DNA of 64,000 nt. Source: a virus. Positions 28,082-36,578 of the stretch are shown here, piece by piece (positions within the stretch are counted from its first letter, which is position 1; each line of letters opens with the position of its first letter). The position numbers were made by a program, and so were the translations under genes. Below the pieces are notes generated by a model. It did no database searches and had not been told where the DNA came from. It saw only the letters and a program-made list of their open reading frames with translations. The DNA is taken from positions 64,001-128,000 of the IMG/VR virus record IMGVR_UViG_3300027815_000003. One strand, 5' to 3'.

Positions 28082-28882
28082 TTATTCTAACTTTCTACCG
28101 TGATGTTCGTCTTTAAAAGATTTTCTTAACTGCCTCCAGCCAAAAAAATTCCCATATCTTTTATCACTTGCAGAAGAAGCAACATGTTCTAATGGTGAAA
28201 AATGTTTTGAACTTACTAATTTATCAAATAGATTTATGTCGGATATTATATCATGTCTTTCATTCATAGTCAAATATGAAGCTCTGGCACATCTAGCTGC
28301 AGAAATTTTTCTTCTATCCCAAATAGTTCCATCTTCTTCTGTTGTAAGAGGTAAATGCCAACTATCATATTTTATATATTTTGGTTCGTTTTTATCATAA
28401 ATTTCTTTCATCATATCTGCTATTTTTTTTATTTCTGGTTGTGCATCTTTAGCACATCTAAGATAAAAGAAATTATCCCATTCTGTCGCAGAGACGATAA
28501 CGGTGACAAACATCCAAGGTTCCAGTAGTCGATTAATAATTTGTTTATGGACACCTAATTTTGATAATTCTTCTGTATATTTTATCACTGAATCTCTTGC
28601 TTGTATCCAAATTTTATTAGCACTATCTATATCTTCTATTTCTTTTTCTGCAGACATTCCAGGTTGATTTTTACCCCAAAAAACTGGATAAACAGGATCA
28701 TTTTTTATTGCATCTAAAAGTTTTTTATTAGGAATAGCCCGACTGCTTGAAACAGAAAAAGACATTATTCTGTGTCTAAGGTGTTCTGAATGAACAAATC
28801 TCGGATATTGGACTAAAAATGTTGTAAGTCTATTATCAAATTGATTTACACTATCTAATAATATCTCTGCTTTGTAAGGCAT
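28082..28882 (-). CDS. thyX: Flavin-dependent thymidylate synthase
   Basis: RHRIMSFSVSSSR signature; HFSPLEH. Confidence 0.92.
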   Translation of the reverse strand: MPYKAEILLDSVNQFDNRLTTFLVQYPRFVHSEHLRHRIMSFSVSSSRAIPNKKLLDAIKNDPVYPVFWGKNQPGMSAEKEIEDIDSANKIWIQARDSVIKYTEELSKLGVHKQIINRLLEPWMFVTVIVSATEWDNFFYLRCAKDAQPEIKKIADMMKEIYDKNEPKYIKYDSWHLPLTTEEDGTIWDRRKISAARCARASYLTMNERHDIISDINLFDKLVSSKHFSPLEHVASSASDKRYGNFFGWRQLRKSFKDEHHGRKLE

Positions 28883-28949
28883 TACTGTTATCTCTTCCTG
28901 TTTCTTCTATGTATTCTTTATGGTCTCTGTAAAAATGGGATAATAAATA
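28851..28949 (-). pseudogene. Orphan C-terminal half of a C2H2 finger
   Basis: YLLSHFYRDHKEYIEE in an alternative frame; aligns with WLLNHYYSQHKQQED of 30157..30306. Confidence 0.5.
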
Positions 28950-29926
28950 AATTTTTTTAATTTCTCTATTATTTTTTGTTCTGATTTTATTTCTTTTTCC
29001 CAAATAATTAATGTTTTATAACCAAATTTTCTAAAATGGTTTGTTCTAATTTGTTCATCTTCTGGTTTATGCCAATATTCCCCAAAAAACTCAATTATTT
29101 TTTTATCTTTTTCGTCTATAAAATCTGGACATTTTCCATCAATTGTTATTTTCCAATTTCCAACAAATTTATATTTACCTGGGAAATTTTCTTCTAATAA
29201 TTTTATTATATATTGTTCACATTTATTCGGAGAATTTTGAGACGAAATAGATTGTTTTCTTATATAATCTTTATTTTTCCAAAGTTCTTTTATGCTTTGT
29301 GATACCTTTTCATTAACTTCTAAAGGTCTTTGTTTACCTCTAAATTGCGATACCCTTTTTTCTATAGTTTCGGAAGATTGTTTTATACCTAAATGTGATT
29401 TTATTAGTTTTAATTTTGTATTTTCGTTCATAGGTATCCCAATATGAGATTTTGCTATGTTATCTGCCCATTCTTCAGGAAGAGACTTACCCCTTCCACT
29501 ATGCCCTTGTTTATAATTTTGTTTACATAACTCCTCACAACCACATTTGCATAAATTTATCTTTATCTTTTTGTTATATTCTTTTTTATATTCTTCTACA
29601 CATTGTTTACAAGAAGAATATAATCCGTCTTTTTTACCTTTATCTTGATTAAACTCATTTTCTATTTTAGATATTTTACATTTTGTACAAACTTTATAAT
29701 AGTTTTCTTTATTTACAGAGATATAACATTTTTTACCATTATGACCTTTAATAAATCTTTTATTTTTAGTTAATTTATTACATCCACATTCACAAAAATG
29801 TTCTTTTAAATGTTTACTTTCATAAATACATTTTTTACATTGATAATTAAATCCATCTTTAGTTATCCTATCTCTATCAAAATCTTTTTCTTCTTTTTCT
29901 ATTTTACATTTGCTACATATTTTCAT
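28907..29926 (-). CDS. Cassette 4 endonuclease: CxxC + CECGC + NUMOD3-like + Vsr-like domain
   Basis: MKICSKCK; PNKCE...CPDFID...IIEFFGEYWH...LIIWE. Confidence 0.8.
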   Translation of the reverse strand: MKICSKCKIEKEEKDFDRDRITKDGFNYQCKKCIYESKHLKEHFCECGCNKLTKNKRFIKGHNGKKCYISVNKENYYKVCTKCKISKIENEFNQDKGKKDGLYSSCKQCVEEYKKEYNKKIKINLCKCGCEELCKQNYKQGHSGRGKSLPEEWADNIAKSHIGIPMNENTKLKLIKSHLGIKQSSETIEKRVSQFRGKQRPLEVNEKVSQSIKELWKNKDYIRKQSISSQNSPNKCEQYIIKLLEENFPGKYKFVGNWKITIDGKCPDFIDEKDKKIIEFFGEYWHKPEDEQIRTNHFRKFGYKTLIIWEKEIKSEQKIIEKLKKFIYYPIFTETIKNT

Positions 29927-29929
29927 TCT

Positions 29930-29991
29930 TGATATAACTCCTTGTACTTTTTGTACAGTTATATTATATCATAAATTATCATAATGTGCTA
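29930..29991 (-). promoter_or_regulatory. Promoter/RBS within inverted repeat (cassette 4)
   Basis: TAGCAC-17-TATAAT (TG ext.); TGATATAA/TTATATCA; inner TGTAC/GTACA. Confidence 0.7.
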
Positions 29992-30003
29992 TTTTTTTAC
30001 CTA

Positions 30004-30042
30004 ATAATTCGTATCTGAAAAACGAATTATAAACGAGTTTTT
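30004..30042. repeat. 39-bp hairpin-containing repeat, copy A
   Basis: 38/39 identical to 60831..60869; ATAATTCGT-9 nt-ACGAATTAT. Confidence 0.95.
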
Positions 30043-30176
30043 ATAAGATTTTCTATTGCTTCATCTAAAAGTTTAGAAATTGGAATTTTTGTTTGCTTTG
30101 AAAGAAGATGAAGCTGTTCAAAAAGTTTATTATCAATTGAACTTCCAATTCTAGTTCTATTTTTTAGTGTATACAT
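30027..30176 (-). CDS. Ribbon-helix-helix protein, cassette 4 (49 aa, not in track)
   Basis: MYTLKNRTRIGSSIDNKLFEQLHLLSKQTKIPISKLLDEAIENLIKTRL. Confidence 0.85.
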   Translation of the reverse strand: MYTLKNRTRIGSSIDNKLFEQLHLLSKQTKIPISKLLDEAIENLIKTRL

Positions 30177-30306
30177 TTATATCTTCTTGTTGTTTATGCT
30201 GGGAGTAATAATGATTTAATAGCCAAGCATAACTTAATGATTTCTTAGGACACCCATTTACAATACAAACATAAAATTCACTGATATTGTATCCATCTTT
30301 ATTCAC
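30157..30306 (-). CDS. 49-aa classical C2H2 zinc-finger protein (not in track)
   Basis: GTG start overlapping groES stop; Y-x-C-x4-C-x12-H-x4-H. Confidence 0.6.
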   Translation of the reverse strand: MNKDGYNISEFYVCIVNGCPKKSLSYAWLLNHYYSQHKQQEDINVYTKK

Positions 30307-30649
30307 TTTTAGTTACTTCGTCTTTTTTGATATATGCTAAAACTGAATTTTCTGCTACAAAATAATAATCTTTATTGTCTTGTAAAACCTGTTGTGGTGC
30401 TGGCTGAAGTAATAAATGGAACATTACTACATCTCCAACTTCTAAATCAAGTTTTTGTCTTTCTCCATAAAAATTATATCTTCCTGGGCCGACAGCAACA
30501 ATTGTCCCGAATCCAGTCATTGTCTGTCTTGTTTCTGGTATTAGTAAGGCTGTTTTTTTACTACCATTATTATCATAATCTCTATTTACTTTTACGATAA
30601 TATTTGTCCCAGTTGGCTGCCATTTGAATTCTATATTGTTTTCTTCCAT
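30299..30649 (-). CDS. groES: GroES-like co-chaperonin
   Basis: QPTGTNIIVK, LIPET, GTIVAVGPGR, LEVGDVVMF, ENSVLAYI. Confidence 0.88.
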   Translation of the reverse strand: MEENNIEFKWQPTGTNIIVKVNRDYDNNGSKKTALLIPETRQTMTGFGTIVAVGPGRYNFYGERQKLDLEVGDVVMFHLLLQPAPQQVLQDNKDYYFVAENSVLAYIKKDEVTKSE

Positions 30650-30676
30650 GATTTTTCCCTTTCTTTCTATATTTAT

Positions 30677-30705
30677 ATTATATCATTTATTTTATATCTT
30701 GTCAA
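30677..30705 (-). promoter_or_regulatory. Consensus sigma70/sigmaA promoter for groES
   Basis: TTGACA-17 nt-TATAAT with TG. Confidence 0.85.
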
Positions 30706-30719
30706 ATATAGAGATATAA

Positions 30720-31130
30720 CTATTCATATAGTATACTCTCTTTTCGTTTTTCTGTCAAATACAAATTAACGTGCTCTCTACTACAAAAGGCACGTTTTTG
30801 ACGTAATCTAAAAAAATTCTTTTTGAATAAATATCTATACATTGCAATTCTTTTATTACAATAAGCGCAACGTAAGCGTACTCTAAATTTTAATCTTCTA
30901 CATTCATCACTACAAAGAGTTTTTGTCCCAGTCATGGGTTTTAAACAATAAACACAGGGGTGTGTTTTAATAACTGGTACATGAATTGTTTCTTGTTTAT
31001 AACGTTTTAATGTTTCCCAAACAGACCAACGATTTATTTTTATCTCATCGGCAATTTTTTGTAAAGACCATTCTGGATGAGATAAACGTAACTCTATTGT
31101 TTGTCTTACTGTGGATTTATGTGGGCGCAT
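30720..31130 (-). CDS. HTH + two Zn-finger (CxxC...C) putative regulator
   Basis: HPEWSLQKIADEIKINRWSV; CVYC...CSDEC; CAYC...CSREH. Confidence 0.65.
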   Translation of the reverse strand: MRPHKSTVRQTIELRLSHPEWSLQKIADEIKINRWSVWETLKRYKQETIHVPVIKTHPCVYCLKPMTGTKTLCSDECRRLKFRVRLRCAYCNKRIAMYRYLFKKNFFRLRQKRAFCSREHVNLYLTEKRKESILYE

Positions 31131-31132
31131 TT

Positions 31133-34100
31133 TTAATTTGCTACTCTTAAAACACGGAATCCAACTCCACCAGAATCAGCAGCTCCTAATGAAACTAAAG
31201 CTACATTTACACCAGAATTATTATTTAGTCTTATTTCTAGGTTTGTTGTATTAGCTGCGGCATCTTCATCTTTTAATGTCATAGTTCTGTTTCCAGCACC
31301 ATAAAATTCCATATCTCCACTATTACCAGAAATATATCTATCTACAGCATCTACACCAATAAAAAGTTTTTTAAATGGTAAAGAGGAAGTTCCCAAATCT
31401 ATTGAATTGGCAGCATTTGGCTTTAATATATTTCTAAGTGTAATCCCTGTTCCTGTTGAAGCCTCATATAAATTATCAAAAAATGCATTTGTAAATCCAG
31501 CATTAGAAGCGCCAACATTTCCACCAGCAGTACCTGCACGTCTTGTTACAGCATCTATATATAGGTTTACCCCATAAATATCGTCCCAATACTTTGTAGC
31601 ATCACCTAAATCGTGATTTCCTGCTAAACCAGGTATTATTTTTCCCCCACTAGCCAAACTAAACGTAACTGTTGTAGGTGTAGTTATGGACTGAAAGGTA
31701 AAATGACTAGAAAATTCTAATATATTTAAATAGGATGTTAATTTTGTCACATTTGTTGCAGCAGTTACAGATGGTGAAATAACTAAACTCCCAGCAGCAT
31801 CATTATAAATATAAACAGTTTCATACCCAGTATTTTCAAATTGTGCTGCCGATAAACTTAAATTTCCCTTAAAATGGATACCAGTGCTATCTAATTCAAC
31901 CGCTCCAGCGCCAGCATAAAATTTACCATTACTAGAACTTAATTCTGTTTGAAGAACCCCCGCTGCATATCCTCCAATTCTGTCTCCATTTAATGTAAAT
32001 CCAGTAAATCCTGCGATATCTATTATATTGGTTGTTCCAGAAGCTAATCTAATTCCCCCAGCATTTATAAATCCTAAATCTGCTACTAATGCACTTAATT
32101 GTGCAACTTTTAGATGTTCTACATCTGTAACAACTTGTGAACCTTCATTTACTGTTACTAAAATAGCTCTTCTTTGTGCAGCTACTTGTCCAGTATTAGC
32201 GTTCTCTCTTCCCATTGCAATTATTGTTTTATCAAGACCTAAAGCAGAGGCATAAGTTCCCCAAGATAGAGTTGTGCTTCCTTTAGTTATATATCCATAT
32301 TCGTATACTGTAGAAGATGCAAATGTCTTATTGCCTACACTTGCGGCTATAGATTGTGTGGAACCATCGGAATATGTTGCCGTAGCAGCAACCCAAGAAA
32401 TTTCATTTGCATCTACTACTGTAAATATCCCCTCTGTCCCATCAGATACTTTAGTCAAATTGACTAATTGAACATTTTCAGATATTCCACCAGTTGCAGC
32501 TATTGTTTCCCAAGATGCTGTTTCTGCTGTTTCTCTCATTTTTTCAAGAATACCCCTAGAAACGGTTTTACCTTTTGTTGTTCCCATTACGGATATTCTA
32601 GAAATTTTGGTGCTTTCTTGGTGTTCTATTTTGGTAACAATCATATTTACGCCAGCACCAACAGAAGAAACATTTGAATTTATTACTCTAATTACATGAC
32701 CAGAACGAACAGCATAATCTACCCCACCAATTTCATAAGTAGGGTAACGTACAATACTAAATTCCCCGCGTAAAACAGTGTCTCCCTCATGGTATAATAG
32801 CTCTGCAACTTTACCAGCAGTATAATCTATATCTTGTTTTTCATATTCTCTTGTTACAATTTCTATTTCTTGTTCTATTGATTCTCTTAATGAACCTGGT
32901 GGTGTTGCGGTAGAAGCGTTTACTGTAGCGGATTTTATTCCGCTTGTTATTACTAAACCGATAATGGTATTTAACCAAGTGGTATTACTATTTGCAGATG
33001 AAATTATTAAAAATGTGCTTCCGACATGGCGAACTGTGGCTGTATTTGCTCCGCCATTCCATGTAATAATATCATTAACTGCAAACGGCCCGTTTGTTAC
33101 TGCTCCATGATTAATTAAAATACAATCAAGAGTATCTACATCGCCAGAAGTATTTGTCATATAAACAGCCTTTACTCTGGTAAGTAATTCTCTTGATTCT
33201 GTGCTGAAGTTATAATCATGGAGCATTTGTCTGGTTTGATTTCCAGCAGTTCCAAGATATTGAACGGTTAGCCCACTCACAGCAGGATTTGTAGATGGGA
33301 TTGTTCCTCTTTGAAAGTAATGTAAATCTGGTGATGGAGTTGATGGTGTACCATTTATATTTGTAAAATCTGTATCAAGATAATAATCAAAACCATAACC
33401 CGTATTACTAGATAATGTCGCATTCCAAGGTTCTTCTTGTGATAATTCTAAAATAGCCCTTAATGCGTTTTTACCCGCACCAGTAAAATTAGAGGCTAAA
33501 TCAGCCGCAGCAGGGAAAGCATAAGTAGATGCTACAAAATCAACAGTAGTGGTATCTATATTTGATGCAGAAAAAACATGATCATCAATTATTCTTTTAA
33601 CTAATTGACTTCTTCTCGTATATAAAGTTGTTGCATCATAATTTGTTCTTACTGTTCTTTTTAATAATTCCGCTAAATTATCTCTAGCAGAAATTTTAAG
33701 AACTTGACCGAATTGATTATCCCAATAAGGGTCAGTTGTCTCTATTTTTCCATAAAATAGAAATAAATTTGATCCAGAATCAGTTTCTCTTATACGAATT
33801 TTTTGATAATTTACATTATATGCTGTTTCTGCGGTGTTTTGATTATTAGCAATAAGTATTTCTACTGATAAAGGGAAACCAAGAGAATCATTATAATTTA
33901 TATCATAAGTATATTGTTCTGTTACCCAAATTCTATAAGAGTCACCCAAATCCCAATCATTATCTACACCTCCAGCTAAAGTTGCAGTAATAGTATTGGC
34001 GGTATGTGCAGTAATTATTCCGCTAGAACCATCAGTTATATTGTAAATATAATCTCCAGTAAAAGAGGCACTTAAATCTCTTATTCTGGAGTCAGTAAAA

Positions 34101-34186
34101 TTAGCCGAAGAATCAGTTAATACCGCTGCGTTAGCCGCACCAGTATGTGTACCTACTACTTCAAACTGAACCGTAGAAATTCCCAA
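31133..34186 (-). CDS. Tail hub / tail-associated protein with fibre-like C-terminus
   Basis: Follows Dit; hub-like N-half, G/S/T-rich C-half. Confidence 0.7.
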   Translation of the reverse strand: MGISTVQFEVVGTHTGAANAAVLTDSSANFTDSRIRDLSASFTGDYIYNITDGSSGIITAHTANTITATLAGGVDNDWDLGDSYRIWVTEQYTYDINYNDSLGFPLSVEILIANNQNTAETAYNVNYQKIRIRETDSGSNLFLFYGKIETTDPYWDNQFGQVLKISARDNLAELLKRTVRTNYDATTLYTRRSQLVKRIIDDHVFSASNIDTTTVDFVASTYAFPAAADLASNFTGAGKNALRAILELSQEEPWNATLSSNTGYGFDYYLDTDFTNINGTPSTPSPDLHYFQRGTIPSTNPAVSGLTVQYLGTAGNQTRQMLHDYNFSTESRELLTRVKAVYMTNTSGDVDTLDCILINHGAVTNGPFAVNDIITWNGGANTATVRHVGSTFLIISSANSNTTWLNTIIGLVITSGIKSATVNASTATPPGSLRESIEQEIEIVTREYEKQDIDYTAGKVAELLYHEGDTVLRGEFSIVRYPTYEIGGVDYAVRSGHVIRVINSNVSSVGAGVNMIVTKIEHQESTKISRISVMGTTKGKTVSRGILEKMRETAETASWETIAATGGISENVQLVNLTKVSDGTEGIFTVVDANEISWVAATATYSDGSTQSIAASVGNKTFASSTVYEYGYITKGSTTLSWGTYASALGLDKTIIAMGRENANTGQVAAQRRAILVTVNEGSQVVTDVEHLKVAQLSALVADLGFINAGGIRLASGTTNIIDIAGFTGFTLNGDRIGGYAAGVLQTELSSSNGKFYAGAGAVELDSTGIHFKGNLSLSAAQFENTGYETVYIYNDAAGSLVISPSVTAATNVTKLTSYLNILEFSSHFTFQSITTPTTVTFSLASGGKIIPGLAGNHDLGDATKYWDDIYGVNLYIDAVTRRAGTAGGNVGASNAGFTNAFFDNLYEASTGTGITLRNILKPNAANSIDLGTSSLPFKKLFIGVDAVDRYISGNSGDMEFYGAGNRTMTLKDEDAAANTTNLEIRLNNNSGVNVALVSLGAADSGGVGFRVLRVAN

Positions 34187-34201
34187 AATTAATCTCCTAA
34201 A

Positions 34202-34633
34202 CTATGTTGATGTTCTTCTACCTGCGTTAAATTGTAATTTATAAGTCCATCTAGAATCTTGACCACCCATTCTTTCAAAGTTACAATCAAGTGCAAATGC
34301 TTGATATGTATTTGTGTCTGTTAGTGCTCCATTATTTTCATAAAAAATAGTTAGTGTTATTATTGAACCAGAATTATCTAATATAAAATCTTCTAATTCA
34401 TTTTTTGAAGGGATTGCTATTGCCCCATCGGATAAAGAGTCTATATCATCAACAATCCCCTCAAAAGATATTTTATTTTTAAATCCACCTAAATCTATTT
34501 GAATTGGTTCATTTGCAGTCCCAGAAGCAGGTAATGGTATTATAGTTGGATTTTTCCCTATATTTTGATTTAATTTGTCGGCTTTTAAGGCATAAGTAGT
34601 CCCACCAACAGCTAATCTAATAGATAGTGTCAT
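34202..34633 (-). CDS. Distal tail (Dit-like) protein
   Basis: Directly after TMP; beta-rich, ends RWTYKLQF. Confidence 0.55.
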   Translation of the reverse strand: MTLSIRLAVGGTTYALKADKLNQNIGKNPTIIPLPASGTANEPIQIDLGGFKNKISFEGIVDDIDSLSDGAIAIPSKNELEDFILDNSGSIITLTIFYENNGALTDTNTYQAFALDCNFERMGGQDSRWTYKLQFNAGRRTST

Positions 34634-34634
34634 G

Positions 34635-35711
34635 TTATGGAATTCTCCTATCCATTTCTTCTAATAATCCACGTCCTACACTTTGTCCATAACTTGTTGG
34701 ATTTGAGATATTGGAAATATCTGCCCCATTCATATTTACTATAATTGTGTTGTTGTCAAATGATCTGGTGGCTCCAGAAAAATTACCAGGGATGGGTGCT
34801 TGTTGATTTGTTATTGTATTTTTGTTTATTATATCTTTCCATACATCAAAAGACTCTTTTATAAATGAAAAAGGGCCGCCCATTGATGGTAGTTGTTTAA
34901 GAAAATCACTAGCGTGTTCTTTTAATGTATCTTTTATTCCTAATGTTTTTAATATAGGTGATAAAATTTTTGATATAGTTTCTATTATTTTCCCTAACAT
35001 ATCAAAAATTGGGGTTAAAAAGGAAAATTTTTTTTCTATATTATCTACAAGTTTAGAAAACATTTTTTCTATTTGTCCTATAGGATCTTGTAAATAAGCA
35101 GCATATTGTCCCACAAACATAGCTAATGCTTTTAATGCAGGAACAAGAATTGGTATTAATGGAATCAAAATAACATCTACTAAAGCTCCTAATAAATCAT
35201 TAACCGTTTTGGTAGATTCACTTATTATTTTGGATTGTTGTAATATCCCAGCTATACCTAAAGCTCCACCAATTACACCTAATGATGGTAAAAATTTTTT
35301 AAATATACCTCCCTGTTCTTGGATAGACTTGGCATAAATAGCCTCATCTTTCATTTTTAGCAATCCTTGTTTTTCTATTTGTTTGCCTATTTTTAGGTCT
35401 TCAATCATATATTTATCATATTGTTTAAATCCTTCACTTATCTGTTTATCATATAAATTTTCATTTTTTGCTTCTTCTTTTTGTTCTTTTTGTCTAAAAT
35501 TGACAAGATTTTTTTGCTGTTGTTGCATCATTCTTTCAAAATTAAGCATACTTGGAGAAACACCTGTAGGGGAAAACCATCCTTTAGGTACTCCTCCTAT
35601 TCCTCCTCCAGTACCGCCACCAGATAATCCACCACCAGCAGTAGAGGCGGTTATTGCACCGCCCTGTACTTGTATTTTTACGTTAATTGTACCGTTAATT
35701 GTGTTTGCCAT
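34635..35711 (-). CDS. Putative short tape measure protein
   Basis: After G/GT chaperone; hydrophobic helical middle (LLGALVDVILIPLIP); NNTIIVNMNG C-terminus. Confidence 0.7.
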   Translation of the reverse strand: MANTINGTINVKIQVQGGAITASTAGGGLSGGGTGGGIGGVPKGWFSPTGVSPSMLNFERMMQQQQKNLVNFRQKEQKEEAKNENLYDKQISEGFKQYDKYMIEDLKIGKQIEKQGLLKMKDEAIYAKSIQEQGGIFKKFLPSLGVIGGALGIAGILQQSKIISESTKTVNDLLGALVDVILIPLIPILVPALKALAMFVGQYAAYLQDPIGQIEKMFSKLVDNIEKKFSFLTPIFDMLGKIIETISKILSPILKTLGIKDTLKEHASDFLKQLPSMGGPFSFIKESFDVWKDIINKNTITNQQAPIPGNFSGATRSFDNNTIIVNMNGADISNISNPTSYGQSVGRGLLEEMDRRIP

Positions 35712-35730
35712 TTTATTTCTATATTTATTT

Positions 35731-36278
35731 TTAACTATTATTCATATTTTGTTGTTGTTTTTCTAGTATTGCATAATGTAAAGCAAGAAGCATACTTATT
35801 TCTTCTATATCCATTTCTTTTATATCGCTATAAGAAATTCCTAATTTTAATAATTCAAGAATCAACATGCGATAAGAAAAAGAACTTGCTTCTGCAGTAC
35901 TTACTCTTTTTGGATCTATTAGATATAGACTTATTCTTTTTTTAGTATATCTATATTAAGGTTTTCTGTATCTGAATAAGGTGACGGTACTAATTTTTCT
36001 AGAGCCATTCCTAATTTATCGTCTACAGTTAATAAAAACATTTCTGTAGTTTTACCCCAGGGCGCATCAACAAGAAGATATTTAAGGCATTCTCTTACAT
36101 ATAAACTCATATGAAGTTTACCAGAACCATTAGCATCCCAAGATAAACAATTATCTCTTATTTCCATTCTTTTTACCCAGGGAATTTTTCTTACGGTTAT
36201 AGGAATTTCATCTTCATCTATTTTTATTACCATTTTTTCCGTTTCATCTGATTTTTTGATATACTTTTCGTATCCCAT
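35731..36278 (-). CDS. Tail assembly chaperone G-T fusion by -1 frameshift at A AAA AAA (35937-35943)
   Basis: -1 frame open to TAA 35731: KRISLYLIDPK...LLKLGISYSDIKEMDIEEISMLLALHYAILEKQQQNMNNS. Confidence 0.8.
35931..36278 (-). CDS. Tail assembly chaperone (G)
   Basis: Between tube and TMP; ends CTA AAA AAA GAA TAA. Confidence 0.8.
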   Translation of the reverse strand: MGYEKYIKKSDETEKMVIKIDEDEIPITVRKIPWVKRMEIRDNCLSWDANGSGKLHMSLYVRECLKYLLVDAPWGKTTEMFLLTVDDKLGMALEKLVPSPYSDTENLNIDILKKE

Positions 36279-36331
36279 TTGTCTCCTTCTTTGATTAATT
36301 TTTTTTTATCTACTTAAAATGAATAAATTAT

Positions 36332-36550
36332 TTATACGATTGATTTTTCTTCTATTTGAAGTTCTATATTATATTCAGATGAAATTTTTATTGCCTGTTC
36401 TTTTGCCTGTTTTTTTGTATCGTGTATCCCATAAATACTATTATATCTTCCTAAAATATCACATAAATTGTGATTATCTAATGGGCAATAATACTTATGT
36501 CCACTCATTTTAGTCCCTAGTGAGATTACTAAATATTTTTTCTTTGACAT
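36332..36550 (-). CDS. Small hypothetical inserted between tube and chaperone
   Basis: ORF track; AGGAG upstream. Confidence 0.55.
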   Translation of the reverse strand: MSKKKYLVISLGTKMSGHKYYCPLDNHNLCDILGRYNSIYGIHDTKKQAKEQAIKISSEYNIELQIEEKSIV

Positions 36551-36578
36551 ATTTTTATTTTTCTCCTTATAAATTATA

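Noticed and set aside
5796-30176. RHH cassettes as IS200/IS605 (TnpA/TnpB) elements
   Set aside because: No Y1 transposase or RuvC-type TnpB motifs, and no shared subterminal hairpins across all four copies
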